DNA from: a virus
Reading direction: 5' to 3' (one strand)
Length of the DNA stretch: 43,191 nt
IMG/VR virus record: IMGVR_UViG_3300028859_000002
How positions within the stretch are numbered: position 1 is the stretch's first letter; each line of letters opens with the position of its first letter. Positions 1 to 11,200 of the stretch are shown here, piece by piece. The notes beneath the pieces are model-generated. The model was not told where the DNA came from. It ran no database searches and saw only the letters and a program-made list of their open reading frames with translations. The position numbers were made by a program, and so were the translations under genes.

Positions 1-127
1 TTGAGAAACTTAAGTCGGTGACAAAAATTTCTGCCGCCTCTACCAGGTCGGCTGGAACTTTTTCAATCGCTGCAATTTCAGCACCGAGTTGTCCTGCAAG
101 CGGCACAAAGGATGTCACTTGAGGAAT
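1..127. repeat. Terminal direct repeat, copy 1 of 2 (identical to 43065-43191); signature of a circularly closed contig
   Basis: Read by eye: bases 1-127 (ttgagaaacttaagtcgg...cacttgaggaat) match 43065-43191 letter for letter. Identity stops exactly at the window end. Confidence 0.95.
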
Positions 128-250
128 CGTGTTATCTAGACTGACTAAGCGTTGAAGAAGCGTTCCACTCGCTCCAAAGTCTTTTGCTACCGCACTTAAA
201 AGACCGATGAATGCGAAAAGGGCCGGATATTTTTCTTGAATCGGGTTCAT
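1..250 (-). CDS. 5' part of a junction-spanning gene. Hypothetical 117-aa hydrophobic/Ala-rich protein, possibly a membrane or holin-like protein
   Basis: ATG at 250 with AAGGAG 8 nt upstream. The frame runs off base 1 and continues in the repeat copy down to the stop at 42961. Full product is MNPIQEKYPALFAFIGLLSAVAK...ALALEAAIKS. Confidence 0.7.
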   Translation of the reverse strand, partial: MNPIQEKYPALFAFIGLLSAVAKDFGASGTLLQRLVSLDNTIPQVTSFVPLAGQLGAEIAAIEKVPADLVEAAEIFVTDLSFS

Positions 251-272
251 ATTTTATTTCTCCTTGTTTTAT

Positions 273-665
273 TTAATCATGAAAGGTCACTCGGATTTTG
301 TCCACTCCTACTTGAAGCGCCATAAACTTTTTAAAAGCATCTAAGCTCTTCATTAGCATCCTCCCAGGCTTTGCAAAGCGTGGGCCGATTTGTTCGCCTA
401 GTCCTACACACCCTTCTAATTGTTCCACAAAGTTTGCGATGTGTAACTCGATTGCCTCATGTCCGGGAATAGTATCGCACCTAAAAACTTCATAACCAAA
501 ATGTGGCGAACAGTAACGATAAAAATCCCATGTTCCGGCGGGGATAACGGTTTTACCATCAAACAAACGCTCCATTGTACAACAAACAAATGACCCTTTA
601 TCGTCACTCATTTCACCAAATGCACCGTCGGCAATCCACATTTTTCTTTGTACAAACGGGTTCAT
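273..665 (-). CDS. DUF5675-like protein (130 aa); candidate Cys/His cell-wall peptidase (endolysin candidate)
   Basis: ORF of 130 aa whose start overlaps the upstream stop (ATGA). The pattern IPAGTW..Y..SPHFG....IPGH..IELHIANF...EGCVGLG matches my memory of DUF5675. It also resembles the His...Gly-Cys catalytic pattern of YkuD-type L,D-peptidases. The function is inferred. Confidence 0.55.
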   Translation of the reverse strand: MNPFVQRKMWIADGAFGEMSDDKGSFVCCTMERLFDGKTVIPAGTWDFYRYCSPHFGYEVFRCDTIPGHEAIELHIANFVEQLEGCVGLGEQIGPRFAKPGRMLMKSLDAFKKFMALQVGVDKIRVTFHD

Positions 666-877
666 GGAAGATATCCTTTCGTAAAAAGTTGAACGACAAT
701 AGCGATTAAACCCCCGGCGATTCCTGCAAGCGCTCCATAAACTGCACGCGCTCCTGAATTTTTATCCTTAGCGTGGATAAGAATTCTCACATCTTTACGA
801 AGTTCGATCATTTGGATTTTTATCCATTTTGAATCGCTTTCTAAAGTAGCAAGTCTCTCGCCATCGGATCTTACCAT
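662..877 (-). CDS. Small membrane protein with a C-terminal TM anchor (71 aa); holin-like candidate
   Basis: AAGGAA RBS. N-terminal helical segment, then hydrophobic ARAVYGALAGIAGGLIAIVVQLF. Sits between the fibre gene and the DUF5675-like gene. Confidence 0.6.
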   Translation of the reverse strand: MVRSDGERLATLESDSKWIKIQMIELRKDVRILIHAKDKNSGARAVYGALAGIAGGLIAIVVQLFTKGYLP

Positions 878-886
878 ATTGATTCC

Positions 887-3800
887 TTACTGATAATGCT
901 CTTCCACAACTATATACCCAGACCCACCTTGCCCACCCGGTGTGGCCCCAGAACCAGACCCTGCGGACCCTGCCGTTCCTGCCGTACCTACCGAATAGTA
1001 ATAAGTGGCCGAAGGAGAATAAATATTAGCTTCTTCATAACCGCCCGCGCCGCCCCCACATCCTCCCGATAGGGCTGTAGCACTACCCGGCCCACCCGAA
1101 CCACCTGACCCCGAGTTAGGTTGTCCATAGTTAGCAGCTCCCCCTGTTGTTGCTCCTGCCGCTCCACCAAATGGAGTTGCTCCACCACCACCCCCCACGT
1201 TTGCCAATGCAACCCCATTACTTGCTTGTCCCCCACTGCCAGGAATAGACACAAGATATGTTGCTGTGTTGCCGATCCCACCCGAACCACCCAAACCTGG
1301 ACCACCCGCAGCGTATGTATACCCCCCAGTGCCACCACCACAGTAAAGCAGATCTGTACCAAAAGTGGTAGCGCCCCCAGTGCCCCCAATGCCCCCAGTT
1401 GTGGTACTACCAGAACCGGCCCCACCGCCCCCGGCGCCTACTTGTTTTGCTTTTAAATAAAGTGGAGTTCGTGGGCTTGTTGGCGTCGTGTAGGTCGCTA
1501 AAGTTTGAATATTTGATGCAGAATTCGCCACTATGGTGGAAGGGCCAGTACCGCTAGATTTGGTAAATGTGGTACCGGATGTTGTTCCGCTTCCAGAAAA
1601 GAATAGTCCCACCGTAGCAGTGGAGACGGTATTGAGTAAGGTGTAGCTATTACTATTGTTCGTATAAACCGCACCCGCTGTAGCTGTAATGGTTGTAGTG
1701 GTAAGTGTAATGAGGACCCCGGTTTGAGAAGATCCAAATCCGCCTGTACCCGTTCCGGTAGCTGTGGCTATGCTTAGGGTTGGCGCTGTAAATGCCTGTA
1801 ATGTAGTTACACCACTCGTTGAAATCCCACCCACATAATATCCCGGGGTCGGCGTGGCGGCGAGCACACCGCCAAGTGTAGAAGTGGAAGGGTTTGGTAA
1901 ATCTGCACCCACAATCGCGCGCGGAGTAACTGCCCCGCTTGATCCATTTGGGGACGCTAGAAAAAGATTTGCACTCTCACTGGTTCCTGTGACCGCAAGC
2001 GTTCCGCTCGTAGTGATTGGAGATCCCCCAACCGTAAGCCATGACGGTACTGTAAGCGATACACTTGTCACAGTACCCAACCCCGTTCCAAACTGCACTA
2101 CACCGCTCGTTGAAATGCCGGTTACGAATTGACCAGGAGTCGGAGTTGCGGCGAGCACGCCACCTAGAGTCGTAGTAGTAGGATTGGGAAGATCAGCGCC
2201 TACGATCGCTCTCGGAGTCATTGCACCACTAGAGCCATTGGGAGAAGCCAAAAATAAATTTGCACTCTCACTTGTTCCGGTAATCGCCAAAGTTCCGCTT
2301 GTGGTGATCGGAGTTCCACCAACGGTTAACCATGCAGGAGCAGTTAGCGCAACTGAAGTTACGGACCCCGTACCATAAGCCGAACCTGCATCTATGAAGT
2401 TTCCGTTTGCATCAATTTTAACTCCGTGTCCAGTGGTCAGAGTTCCCGTTGATGTTGCGAGTTCAGTGGTATTTCCCGAAAGCGTTCCGGTCGTGATTGC
2501 AGAAGTTCCAGCACCAAAGAGAGGTGCCCCACTAGAAAGCGTTGTCGCGCCCGTTCCACCATATGGAACGCCCACAGTACTGCCATTCCATGCGCCATTT
2601 GTTACTGCTCCGGCATTATTGACCGAAAACAATTTTGTGCTTAGGGCAGAATTCCAGCCATCAAATAAATCTCCCGGAGTTGTAGCATTATTTGCGACCA
2701 TGAGAGCAGCTTTATTTGATATTCCGTAAACCTCAAGAGCCGCAACATCACTTGTGTTTCCATTAAACGATACTACCCCGACGTTATCGTGAACTTCCCT
2801 GAAACCGCCAACAGCAGGATTTTCAAGAATCATTGAAGACGCTGTTACGAACCAGTCCCAAGCTTGATAACCACTCGAACCAGGACCAATCCATACTTGA
2901 TTTAAATTGGTTCCAGTATCTGAATAAACCGTAATAGAATCCGTTAGAGTATTACTCCAAGTCGCATCACCACGCCAAAATGTTGCGCTAGATGCGTTTG
3001 TGGCAGAGTTTAAATTAGCAACTGGCAAGTTTCCAGTCACGTCTGAGTTCGATAAATTTACTGGCGAAAAACTCCAAGTTCCAGAAGAGACATGTGCAAT
3101 GCCCGTACTGCTTGAACTATCAATTCCAGTTCCACCACTTGAATCTGGAAGTGCAGATCCCGAAAGAGACACGGCCAAAGTCCCACTAGACGTTATTGGC
3201 GACCCAGATACCGATAGAAATGCTGGAACAGTCATTCCAACCGAAGTGACAGTCCCAAGACCGCCACCCGTCGCAAATAAAGGCACCCCAACCGATGATA
3301 TCCCGACCATGAACTGTCCTGGCGTCGGAGTCGCAGATAAAACACCTCCTAAAGTCGTTGACGTTGGATTGGGTAAATCTGCACCAACTATCGCTCGTGG
3401 GCTTAAAACACCACTTGCGCCGTTTGGAGAAGCCAAAAATTTGTTCTCTGTGACGGTCGTAGAACTGATTGTCATCGTACCACTGGACGTTACTGGAGAG
3501 CCTGCAACGCTTAGCCACGATGGAACTGCTAGACCAACTGAAGTGACGCCCGTACTTCCGGCGTTACACGCGGCACCAGCGTCTACCAAATTCCCATTTG
3601 AATCGATATCAACGCAGTGACCGGAAGTAAGCGCACCGCTTACGGTCGCGATCTCGGTCGTATTACCTGCAAAAGTCCCATTTGTAATCGGACTAGTTCC
3701 ATTTCCGATCAAAGGCTTTCCTGATGCGAGCGTAGTATCTCCAGTTCCACCATTGGCAACCCCTAGCGCCGTTCCTGAGAGAGTAAGTCCAAAACTTCCG

Positions 3801-4264
3801 CTTGTGGTAATTGGCGAACCGCTCACGGACAAGAAGGAAGGCACCGTCATTCCGACCGATGTCACCGTACCTATTCCTGTCACTGGGCCAAAAATCGGAG
3901 CACCAGTCCCGGCAATACCGATCACATATTCGCCAGGCGTAGGAGTCGCTGCCAGTACGCCACCCAGAGTAGTTTGAGTAGGAGTTGGCAGTGGATTGAC
4001 AGTTCCAATTTGATTAAAAGTAGTTCCATTATTGGAATATTCAATCGAATTATTTGAACTGTTATATCTTAATTTTGGATTTGTCGATGCCCCTGGAGCG
4101 GTAAGATTAAACTCGAGTACCTTGTTGGTATTTCCAGTCAAACCAAGAGATAAGTCGTTGTTGGGGATGACTGCGGGCGACTGCGCAGCCATAGCAACGG
4201 CCATCGCCCCAACACCCACAAGACCACCAATTAACGCAATGTATTTTTTAATTTTATTTTTCAT
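887..4264 (-). CDS. Large modular tail fibre / receptor-binding protein (1125 aa) with a Gly-rich C-terminal domain
   Basis: Five copies of a VTSV..VP.WL.V.G.PIT.SG unit. Three carry the phage-fibre motif FLASPNG.SG..PRAIVGADLPNP. Two copies of GGTG.TTL..G.PL.G....GH.V.ID.NGN..DAG. The last ~230 aa are Gly-rich and end GGSGYIVVEEHYQ. The N-terminus MKNKIKKYIALIGGLVGVGAMAVAMA-AQ looks like a Sec signal peptide. Confidence 0.8.
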   Translation of the reverse strand: MKNKIKKYIALIGGLVGVGAMAVAMAAQSPAVIPNNDLSLGLTGNTNKVLEFNLTAPGASTNPKLRYNSSNNSIEYSNNGTTFNQIGTVNPLPTPTQTTLGGVLAATPTPGEYVIGIAGTGAPIFGPVTGIGTVTSVGMTVPSFLSVSGSPITTSGSFGLTLSGTALGVANGGTGDTTLASGKPLIGNGTSPITNGTFAGNTTEIATVSGALTSGHCVDIDSNGNLVDAGAACNAGSTGVTSVGLAVPSWLSVAGSPVTSSGTMTISSTTVTENKFLASPNGASGVLSPRAIVGADLPNPTSTTLGGVLSATPTPGQFMVGISSVGVPLFATGGGLGTVTSVGMTVPAFLSVSGSPITSSGTLAVSLSGSALPDSSGGTGIDSSSSTGIAHVSSGTWSFSPVNLSNSDVTGNLPVANLNSATNASSATFWRGDATWSNTLTDSITVYSDTGTNLNQVWIGPGSSGYQAWDWFVTASSMILENPAVGGFREVHDNVGVVSFNGNTSDVAALEVYGISNKAALMVANNATTPGDLFDGWNSALSTKLFSVNNAGAVTNGAWNGSTVGVPYGGTGATTLSSGAPLFGAGTSAITTGTLSGNTTELATSTGTLTTGHGVKIDANGNFIDAGSAYGTGSVTSVALTAPAWLTVGGTPITTSGTLAITGTSESANLFLASPNGSSGAMTPRAIVGADLPNPTTTTLGGVLAATPTPGQFVTGISTSGVVQFGTGLGTVTSVSLTVPSWLTVGGSPITTSGTLAVTGTSESANLFLASPNGSSGAVTPRAIVGADLPNPSTSTLGGVLAATPTPGYYVGGISTSGVTTLQAFTAPTLSIATATGTGTGGFGSSQTGVLITLTTTTITATAGAVYTNNSNSYTLLNTVSTATVGLFFSGSGTTSGTTFTKSSGTGPSTIVANSASNIQTLATYTTPTSPRTPLYLKAKQVGAGGGGAGSGSTTTGGIGGTGGATTFGTDLLYCGGGTGGYTYAAGGPGLGGSGGIGNTATYLVSIPGSGGQASNGVALANVGGGGGATPFGGAAGATTGGAANYGQPNSGSGGSGGPGSATALSGGCGGGAGGYEEANIYSPSATYYYSVGTAGTAGSAGSGSGATPGGQGGSGYIVVEEHYQ

Positions 4265-5218
4265 CTATGACTCCGTAATATTATTAAAGTAAATGTTATT
4301 AGGCGCACTGTTCAAATCACTAATTTGAGTTGTGCAGGCAGCAAATCTACATTCAGTAATAAAGTTGAAATTATAAGAATTGTTCACTTGAAATGCGGTA
4401 GTGAAACCGCTGAATCTTCCACCCTTAATTCTTACCCCTGATGCTTCAATCGTAAATGCTGGACCAGACAAAGACCCCTGGGAGTAAGTCACATTTGGTG
4501 CGAATTCAATTAAGATTCCACCGATAGTTACAACAAAACCAGACCCGCTGTTCATGGTCAGAGAGTCTTTAACTAAAATTCTCCAATTTGGCTGTGCCAC
4601 TGCGAGCGCTGCCGCAAGGGTGGTATAGTTGCATCCATTTTCTGCGCCGACAATTGCATCATAAATAAGAGATGCGGAAATAGACCCAACCACCGGACCC
4701 CAAACAAAACCGTCAGCGCTCGTGTTAGCAATCAGCGTTTGTCCAGGAATCGGAAGAACGGCTGGAAATTGAGGATTAAAAATATTTGGAGTTATAAAAA
4801 GTGGAAACATCGCGGATCTCGCGATTTGATCATTCAACTCCTGAATCTGCATAACAAGCGTATCGAACTCATTCTCGTGAAGCTCCGGAAAATAAGCGCC
4901 CTGATTTTTAATGTCCGTTAGTTGTGTGAGCGCAGGCAATCGGATAAGAAGAATCGACCATCCGGTGATAAGATTTCCGCCAGAAGTTAACCATGCTTGA
5001 GACGCGTTTATCAGGCTAATTGAACCACCGTTTCTAAAACCAACGCCAGTTATTGAATAGTCTGTATTTAATACAAGCGGACCATACTGATTATCCTCGG
5101 TGTCTTGGATGAAAACATAAAGGTCGGCGGCCTGAAAGAGTTTGAAATTGTAATCGTAAACTGAAACCGCACCATTTCCAACGAATAAACTTCGGCATGT
5201 CGTGGACGATATGGACAT
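4265..5218 (-). CDS. Tail fibre/tailspike protein (317 aa from ATG 5218) with an N-terminal adaptor domain and short beta-helix-like C-terminus
   Basis: The ORF is open from 5266, but ATG 5218 follows the upstream stop and a GAAGGGAAG RBS. The N-terminal pattern F.GNG....Y...F......L.V....DY...G.....I.L....Q..D......F....E...D.L.M..Q is typical of podovirus spike adaptors. The C-terminus has repetitive beta-strand-like segments. Confidence 0.65.
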   Translation of the reverse strand: MSISSTTCRSLFVGNGAVSVYDYNFKLFQAADLYVFIQDTEDNQYGPLVLNTDYSITGVGFRNGGSISLINASQAWLTSGGNLITGWSILLIRLPALTQLTDIKNQGAYFPELHENEFDTLVMQIQELNDQIARSAMFPLFITPNIFNPQFPAVLPIPGQTLIANTSADGFVWGPVVGSISASLIYDAIVGAENGCNYTTLAAALAVAQPNWRILVKDSLTMNSGSGFVVTIGGILIEFAPNVTYSQGSLSGPAFTIEASGVRIKGGRFSGFTTAFQVNNSYNFNFITECRFAACTTQISDLNSAPNNIYFNNITES

Positions 5219-5222
5219 AGTT

Positions 5223-8200
5223 TTATCTTCCCTTCTGACCCGTGATAAGTCCACGAGTAAAATCAATCGGACCAGTCGGGTGAGCGTTACCCGAATTAAC
5301 TTGGTTTAAATATGAGACAGGTTTCGCGAGAGGAGTCACCGGAACACCGGAAATTAAACTCATGAGAGTTAAACTATCCTTGATGGATTTATCGTCCCAC
5401 TTTCCAGAGTGAATGGCGTTCTTAATTTCACCTGGAGCATGAATCCCGGCATAGAGTGCATCGAGAGCAGGAGAGTTTAACCTGTCGGCCTCACCCTTGC
5501 GTTTTTCGTGAAGCATGGAATCGACCATTGAACCCACGATCGGAATTTCAGCAAGTGTATCGCGACCGATGTTTTGACCGACTTTGGAAGCGAACGCCTG
5601 CCAAGCTCCATCGCCAGACTCATCCCAAGCCTTGCCCGAAAGCGCTATTGCAGCAGTCGTCATCATCATTGCAGGAATTGCGCTTGTGTACGCGAAAATA
5701 GGAAGCGCACGAAAAGCGGCCTGTTTTATGCCTTGAAATTTTAAAGCCTTGTAATACTCACCAGCCTGAAGATTCAGTTTCAGGTTTTGGAATGAGTAAA
5801 ACCCGAGAAGCGATTTCACGAGAGGCGTCGTGTGTTCGGCGCTACTGATCGAAATCGGTTCCATATTGTGCTGAGTTTGAGAAATTACCGCATCAGCCTT
5901 TGCAATTGCCTGATCCTCCGCGTGACCCTGGGAAATCGCGTGATCATAGGACGCTTTCCACATGCCAACATCGACCACATTTTGAACTGCGTGCTGAGTA
6001 AAAAACGAGTTTGCCACGATATATTTTTTTATGTCGCTTGCCGTTCCGGTTCCATTTGCAATATCGTAAAGCGTTTTACGCATTGTTGTCGAGCGATCAT
6101 TAAACCTTGAACTCATCCAAGGTGACTTTTCGCTGATCATTTCCTGTGTGCCTTTTGCGTCCTGCATGTAACTCAAGAATCCTCGAGCAGTGTAAGACGC
6201 TGGAATTTCTTTAGACATCGCCATTGGAATTCCATGAAACATCATCAGGGTGTTTCGAGCGTTCAAAAAGAAGACCATCGCAGAGTTGTTCGTCCGCAAG
6301 TAATTCATGGCCTGATCAAGATAGCGATTCGATCCTGGCTTTCCAGTCGTTTGCTGTTTTGCGCGATCGAGAAACGGAATCAAAACTTTTTTTGTCGCTT
6401 CAGGCAGAATCGAGTCAAAACCCTTTGAAACGCCGCGATCGAGGATCAAACGGCCCACTTGATAAATCGTCGGATCCATGTGCGTGAATTTTAAAACTTC
6501 TCGGACGTGTGAACCAATCAGACCCGGATCAAGGCTCAATGGCACATTGTAATTATCGACTCGCTTTTTAGTGAATCCATTGCTAGAACCCGGTAGTAAT
6601 GAGTATCCAGAATCAGACTCTAGTATCGCTTTACCTTGACGAATTACTTGATCGGTGTATCCAGTTTTTGTTAGATCACGATCAGCGGCTGCGGGAATAT
6701 AACCCCCTTTGTAATCGCCAAAAGGAGTTTGAACAGGAGTATGCTCAACGGTATCAAAATATCGTCCATAGCGTTTGTAATGGGCTTTCTGTGCATCTGG
6801 AAGGAGAGACTCGTTCAAGTCCCACATCCCTTGGACCCAATCCATCATATCTTTGGTTACGCTACCGTCGGTCATTGCGCGTTTTAGGAATTCGTCCCAT
6901 TGACTGCGATCAAGATTTCCTTCCTCATCCATAGAACCCCAGCCGCGACCAATGAGGAGTTTCTTGAGATTACTTTCATTTCCTGAGTGAGCAATAGCCA
7001 TCATGAGATGCGCCTGATCTGGGAAAAATATGTTTTCACCTTCAGCAGTCTGACCAAGTTCTGGAGCTTCGATTCGCTCATAACTTAGTTTTTTAAAAAT
7101 CTTCTCATTCATGTCACTAATTCGATCCTGAGCAGCGTCGTTCGCAAGTCTGAATTTAGATGACGCTTCTTTGATCGGAAGCCAAAGATATTTATAAAGT
7201 GGACTATTTATATCGCCATTTGAAAGCGCATCGACGAAGTGCTCAACCCTAACAAGCATGCTGCCGATCGAGAGAGCACCCGTAGTGAGATCCTCGAGTT
7301 TTGTGGTTTTTCCACCTTCTCCGCGATACTTGCGGAAATTTCCTGGTTTCACGTCTGCAAGTTGATTTCGGGTTTCTTCTTGAGCTTGGTTTAAATCAAC
7401 TCTTTCGTTTTGGAGATCAAGCTCACGATTCATTTTTGCCAGATCCCAAAGCGCATCAAGCTGCTCACGAACCGCTTGGAATTGACCATACGGCATATCG
7501 CCATAGGCTTTTAATTGCCCGAGCGACTGGACCTGAGCGACCGATTCATTGTACTGATCGACATCGCCGTATTTTTTAAGCTTCTCTAAATAATCCTGCG
7601 CCTTTTCACCGCGCTCAACTGATCCAATTCCAAGCTGATCAAGAATCACACGACCGGCATTGATCAAATTCATGTCGCGGGTTTTCGATAGCACGTCATC
7701 TTTTTTATTGAAGTCCTTGAATCCATCGACTGATTTTTGAACGTCAGCTTGAGATTCAGAAACAGCTTTATAAAGCTCGTGATTCAGAAACTCCTGATAC
7801 TTCGCTTCAAACGCTTTATCCCACGCGCCCTTGAGCGCCTGATTCATCGCTTCGTTTGCGGCCTTGGTTTCAGCGCGCTGATACAGATAAGGTTTTAAGT
7901 CTCGAGTAGATAAAGTCGCAGTGATCGTGTCGGCTTGCTTTTGGAAAGATTCAGCGGTAATTACGCGTTTTCCGATCCTGCGCATCAGCTCCTTGTAATC
8001 ACCTAGCTTATTTTCCATGATCCATTTCAACTCGAAAGCCAAACGAGACGATTCTTTCGCGTTGTGGATGGACTTCATCGCTTCTTCTTGCATCTGACCA
8101 TTAACGGTCGGATCCTCGTAAGCGTAACGCTGCCTCATTTCGTTGTCTGTTTCCTGGCGTATCAGATCGTCTTTAGGCTGAGCATTTGCAAGCGCCATCA

Positions 8201-11200
8201 CCAATTCGTGGCCCGAATTAAACCCTAACAATTCAGCGGCCTGTTCGTAGTGAAGGCCGTCTTTGGTCAAAGTCCCACGCGGCATTTCTTTTGCGATGTC
8301 TTTTCCATAATCCGCAACGATCGTTTTTCGATCGAGTTGAAGATCGACCTTTTGACCGTTTGGAAGTTCACCAGATTTAATCGCATCAAGTGCTCGGTAT
8401 TCTGGACGCGCTTCAACTTCAGCAGTGATTTCACGTTCGACTGATTCGCGCTCAATTTTATACTGTTTCGAGCGTTCACGTTCGACTGCCTTCATATTTT
8501 TAGCGGTCAAATTGTCTTCAGCAGCAGCTCGAGCTTCTTGAACTGTTTTTGCGTATTTTGCCGCATCCTCTGGAGTCATGAACTTGTGAGGATCAGAAAA
8601 TAATGGATTTAATCCGACTGAATTCCTTGCATCTGCGATCTCATCGTCAGTCGCGATCATGCGGTCAAAAGCGTTTCTGACTTCAGGGGTGAGCGTGACA
8701 TCAGGATGCGCCATCAGTGTTTTATAAGCGTGAATCATCCAAGCTTTGAATGCGGCAAAAGCTTCTCTGAGCGCAGATGACGGGGCTTTCCCTTCCATTA
8801 GGTATTTCTCAAAACCTTCGGCGATTTTTTCGTGCTGTTCTCGAGTTAGCTCCGATCCATGTTCTGCACCGGCAAAATCGTAAAGCGCTCGGTTGATTTC
8901 TTTCGTGCGTTCTGAAGCGTCAGGACGACTTGCAAGATCATTTAAAACCTTAGTAAAAAAGTGACCAGTCTCATGTAAGAACGTCGAAAGGTTTGCGTCT
9001 TTTAAAAGTGAAATTGTGGTTTTGTCGGGGTGGAAGGTGATGCCGCCCATTGGATCGTGATCGCCATTTTGATAGTATTGATATCTATCGCGTTTTTCTT
9101 GGGCTGCAATATCTTTCGTGGAAACAGCATCTTTAGAGCCGATATACTTTACATTTTCAGCGTTTTCGTGTGGGTAAAAACTTACTACCTGGTCTTGCCA
9201 TTGTGAAAGATTTTCTAGACCGCCAGTTCGATCAGAAATGAATTTAGCGGTTTCTGCGTGTGTATCTATTCTTCTTTGTCTGGCTTGCTCTTCAGTCTCA
9301 CCAGGTCTACTATTCATCCATCCTATGCCGTGCTTTTCAAGGGTAGCAGCATGAGCTGCATCTGAAATTGGCTGACCAAAATCGTCCATTCCACGAATTA
9401 TTAAACCATCGTAACCGTTTTTCTTAAGCCATTCAACGGCCTCATCGCCATTCATTTTAAGGATTTCTCGCGGAAGGCTTTTTATGGTTTCGGGTGTGAT
9501 AAGAAGCGCTTTTTTAAAGTTGAGATCTGCCGAGTGAACTTTGTCTCCGGCGATCTGCCCACGGTATCCTCCATCACCGGCAACCCAGTTCCCACTTTCA
9601 TCGAAATAGGTGTGTTTTCCAAAGACGCCCTCACCGCCATCATAACGAATCTCATTACTGACGTGTTCAGGATTTATAAAGTGATCTGTTATTCCATGTG
9701 AAAGATGCGCTACCCCTAGAAGCTTTCCACGGAAAACTGGACCACTCTTTTTTTCAAGACCATTCGACTGCAAAAAATCAAAAAAATCCTTCGCCTGCTT
9801 CGGCGAATCCCTGTTCGTTTCGAGCGCTTTTTTGATGGATTCATTATCTGCGTTTTGGATGTCAATTCCTTGACTCCTAAGATACTTATCCATTTCAAGC
9901 ATCTGTTCTCGAGTGTCGGCTTTTTCAGGATGGCGATTTCCTTCAGCATACTGTTTCTGACCTTGAGATTCGGCTGCCACGCGCTGAAGCAATTCTGGGA
10001 TTGAATGTTCCTTCAGATATCCAGCTTCGTGCGCTTGCTCGGCTGCACGATCAAGATCCATTCCCATTTTTCTTGTAAGACCTTTTATGTCCATCGCCTG
10101 AACGTCGGACCCAGGTCCAGCAGTATTTACGCCGCCTTTTCCTTTCATGAAATCAATCAACGACTGGCCATAGGCCTCACGCTCGCTTGGGATTTTTCCC
10201 TCACGAAGCTTATTCAGGATCGGATCAAACTCATCAATGTTTTTAGATTTTAGCTGATCAGGAAGTGAACGAGTGATATCGAGATTGTACCGACTAAAAA
10301 GCTCTTCTGGAGTTGTACCTTCAGACTGCGCCATCACATTGAAGAAATTATAAATCGAAGCGTTTTTATCCGCAGTCGCTTTATCCATTCCGGTCGCCTG
10401 AAGTTTTTGGCTAACCTGCTCAATGACGCCGCGACCGAGATCATTGAATGAACCACCGTTATTTGCGACGTGGTGTTCGTTTTCTCTAGCAATGTCATTC
10501 GCTTTAGTAGCCTCAGCGACGGTTGGCTGACCTGGATCAAAGGTCACATGATCGGCCATCGCCTTATAATCTTGAGGGTCGATTTTTGTCGTCCAATCAG
10601 AGAGTGGAATTTTTACCATTCCCCCAGAATCTTTTGCCTGATCGAATTCTTTGCCGATATTGAGATCCGATAAAACCTTTGGAAGCTCATCCGGTCCTTT
10701 TGACTGGTAAAGCTGAGTCATCGCGTTTGGATCAACATAGACGTGCTCAACGGGTCCGTTTTTGGTCAGCGCATCGACGATCTCCTGAAACTTAAGAGGC
10801 AGTGTTTTTTTAACTTGAGACGCTTCTGCTGTGTCACCCAAGGACGTGTAAAAATCCTTTTGAAGCTGTGCTTGACGAATATCATGCACGCTTGAATGCG
10901 CGGACAGTACAGCAGAAGGCGAGACCATGAGAGCACCAGTCGCGCCTCCGATAATGCCACTTTCAATTGCACGTCCGAAAGTTCCTTCGAGTGCGTTTTT
11001 GTTCACCCCGGTCGCGTAGTCGGTTAAATCGTTTGCCACGCTCATCGCGGCCATCGAACCCGCGTCCCTAGTAAATGAATAGGTGAGTGCATTAGTAAAC
11101 GATTTCATCACCGTCGCCGCCGTGGCTTTGCCGTAATTCTGAACCAGGGTTTCACCCCATTTCGCCATTGGTCCAAAAGTTCCGACCTCACCCGCGCCCA

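Noticed and set aside
1-127. The 127-bp terminal repeat as a biological direct terminal repeat, as in T7-like phages.
   Set aside because: An exact 127-bp end overlap that bisects a coding sequence is what de Bruijn assemblers with k=127 emit for circular paths. Sequence alone cannot separate the two explanations, so I treat it as circular closure. Read-start analysis would settle it.
887-4264. Possibility of a diversity-generating retroelement acting on the fibre, given the BPP-1-like head genes.
   Set aside because: There is no reverse transcriptase ORF anywhere in the window. There is no template/variable repeat pair with adenine-specific mismatches. The fibre repeats differ at all base types.
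988-4292. Many long alternative-frame and antisense ORFs inside the fibre gene, for example 3000-3620 plus strand (206 aa), 2394-2729 and 988-1425.
   Set aside because: They lie wholly within a 1125-aa gene whose Gly/Thr/Ser/Ala-rich repetitive codons are naturally stop-poor in other frames. They have no RBS, and their products are low-complexity mirror images of the fibre repeats.
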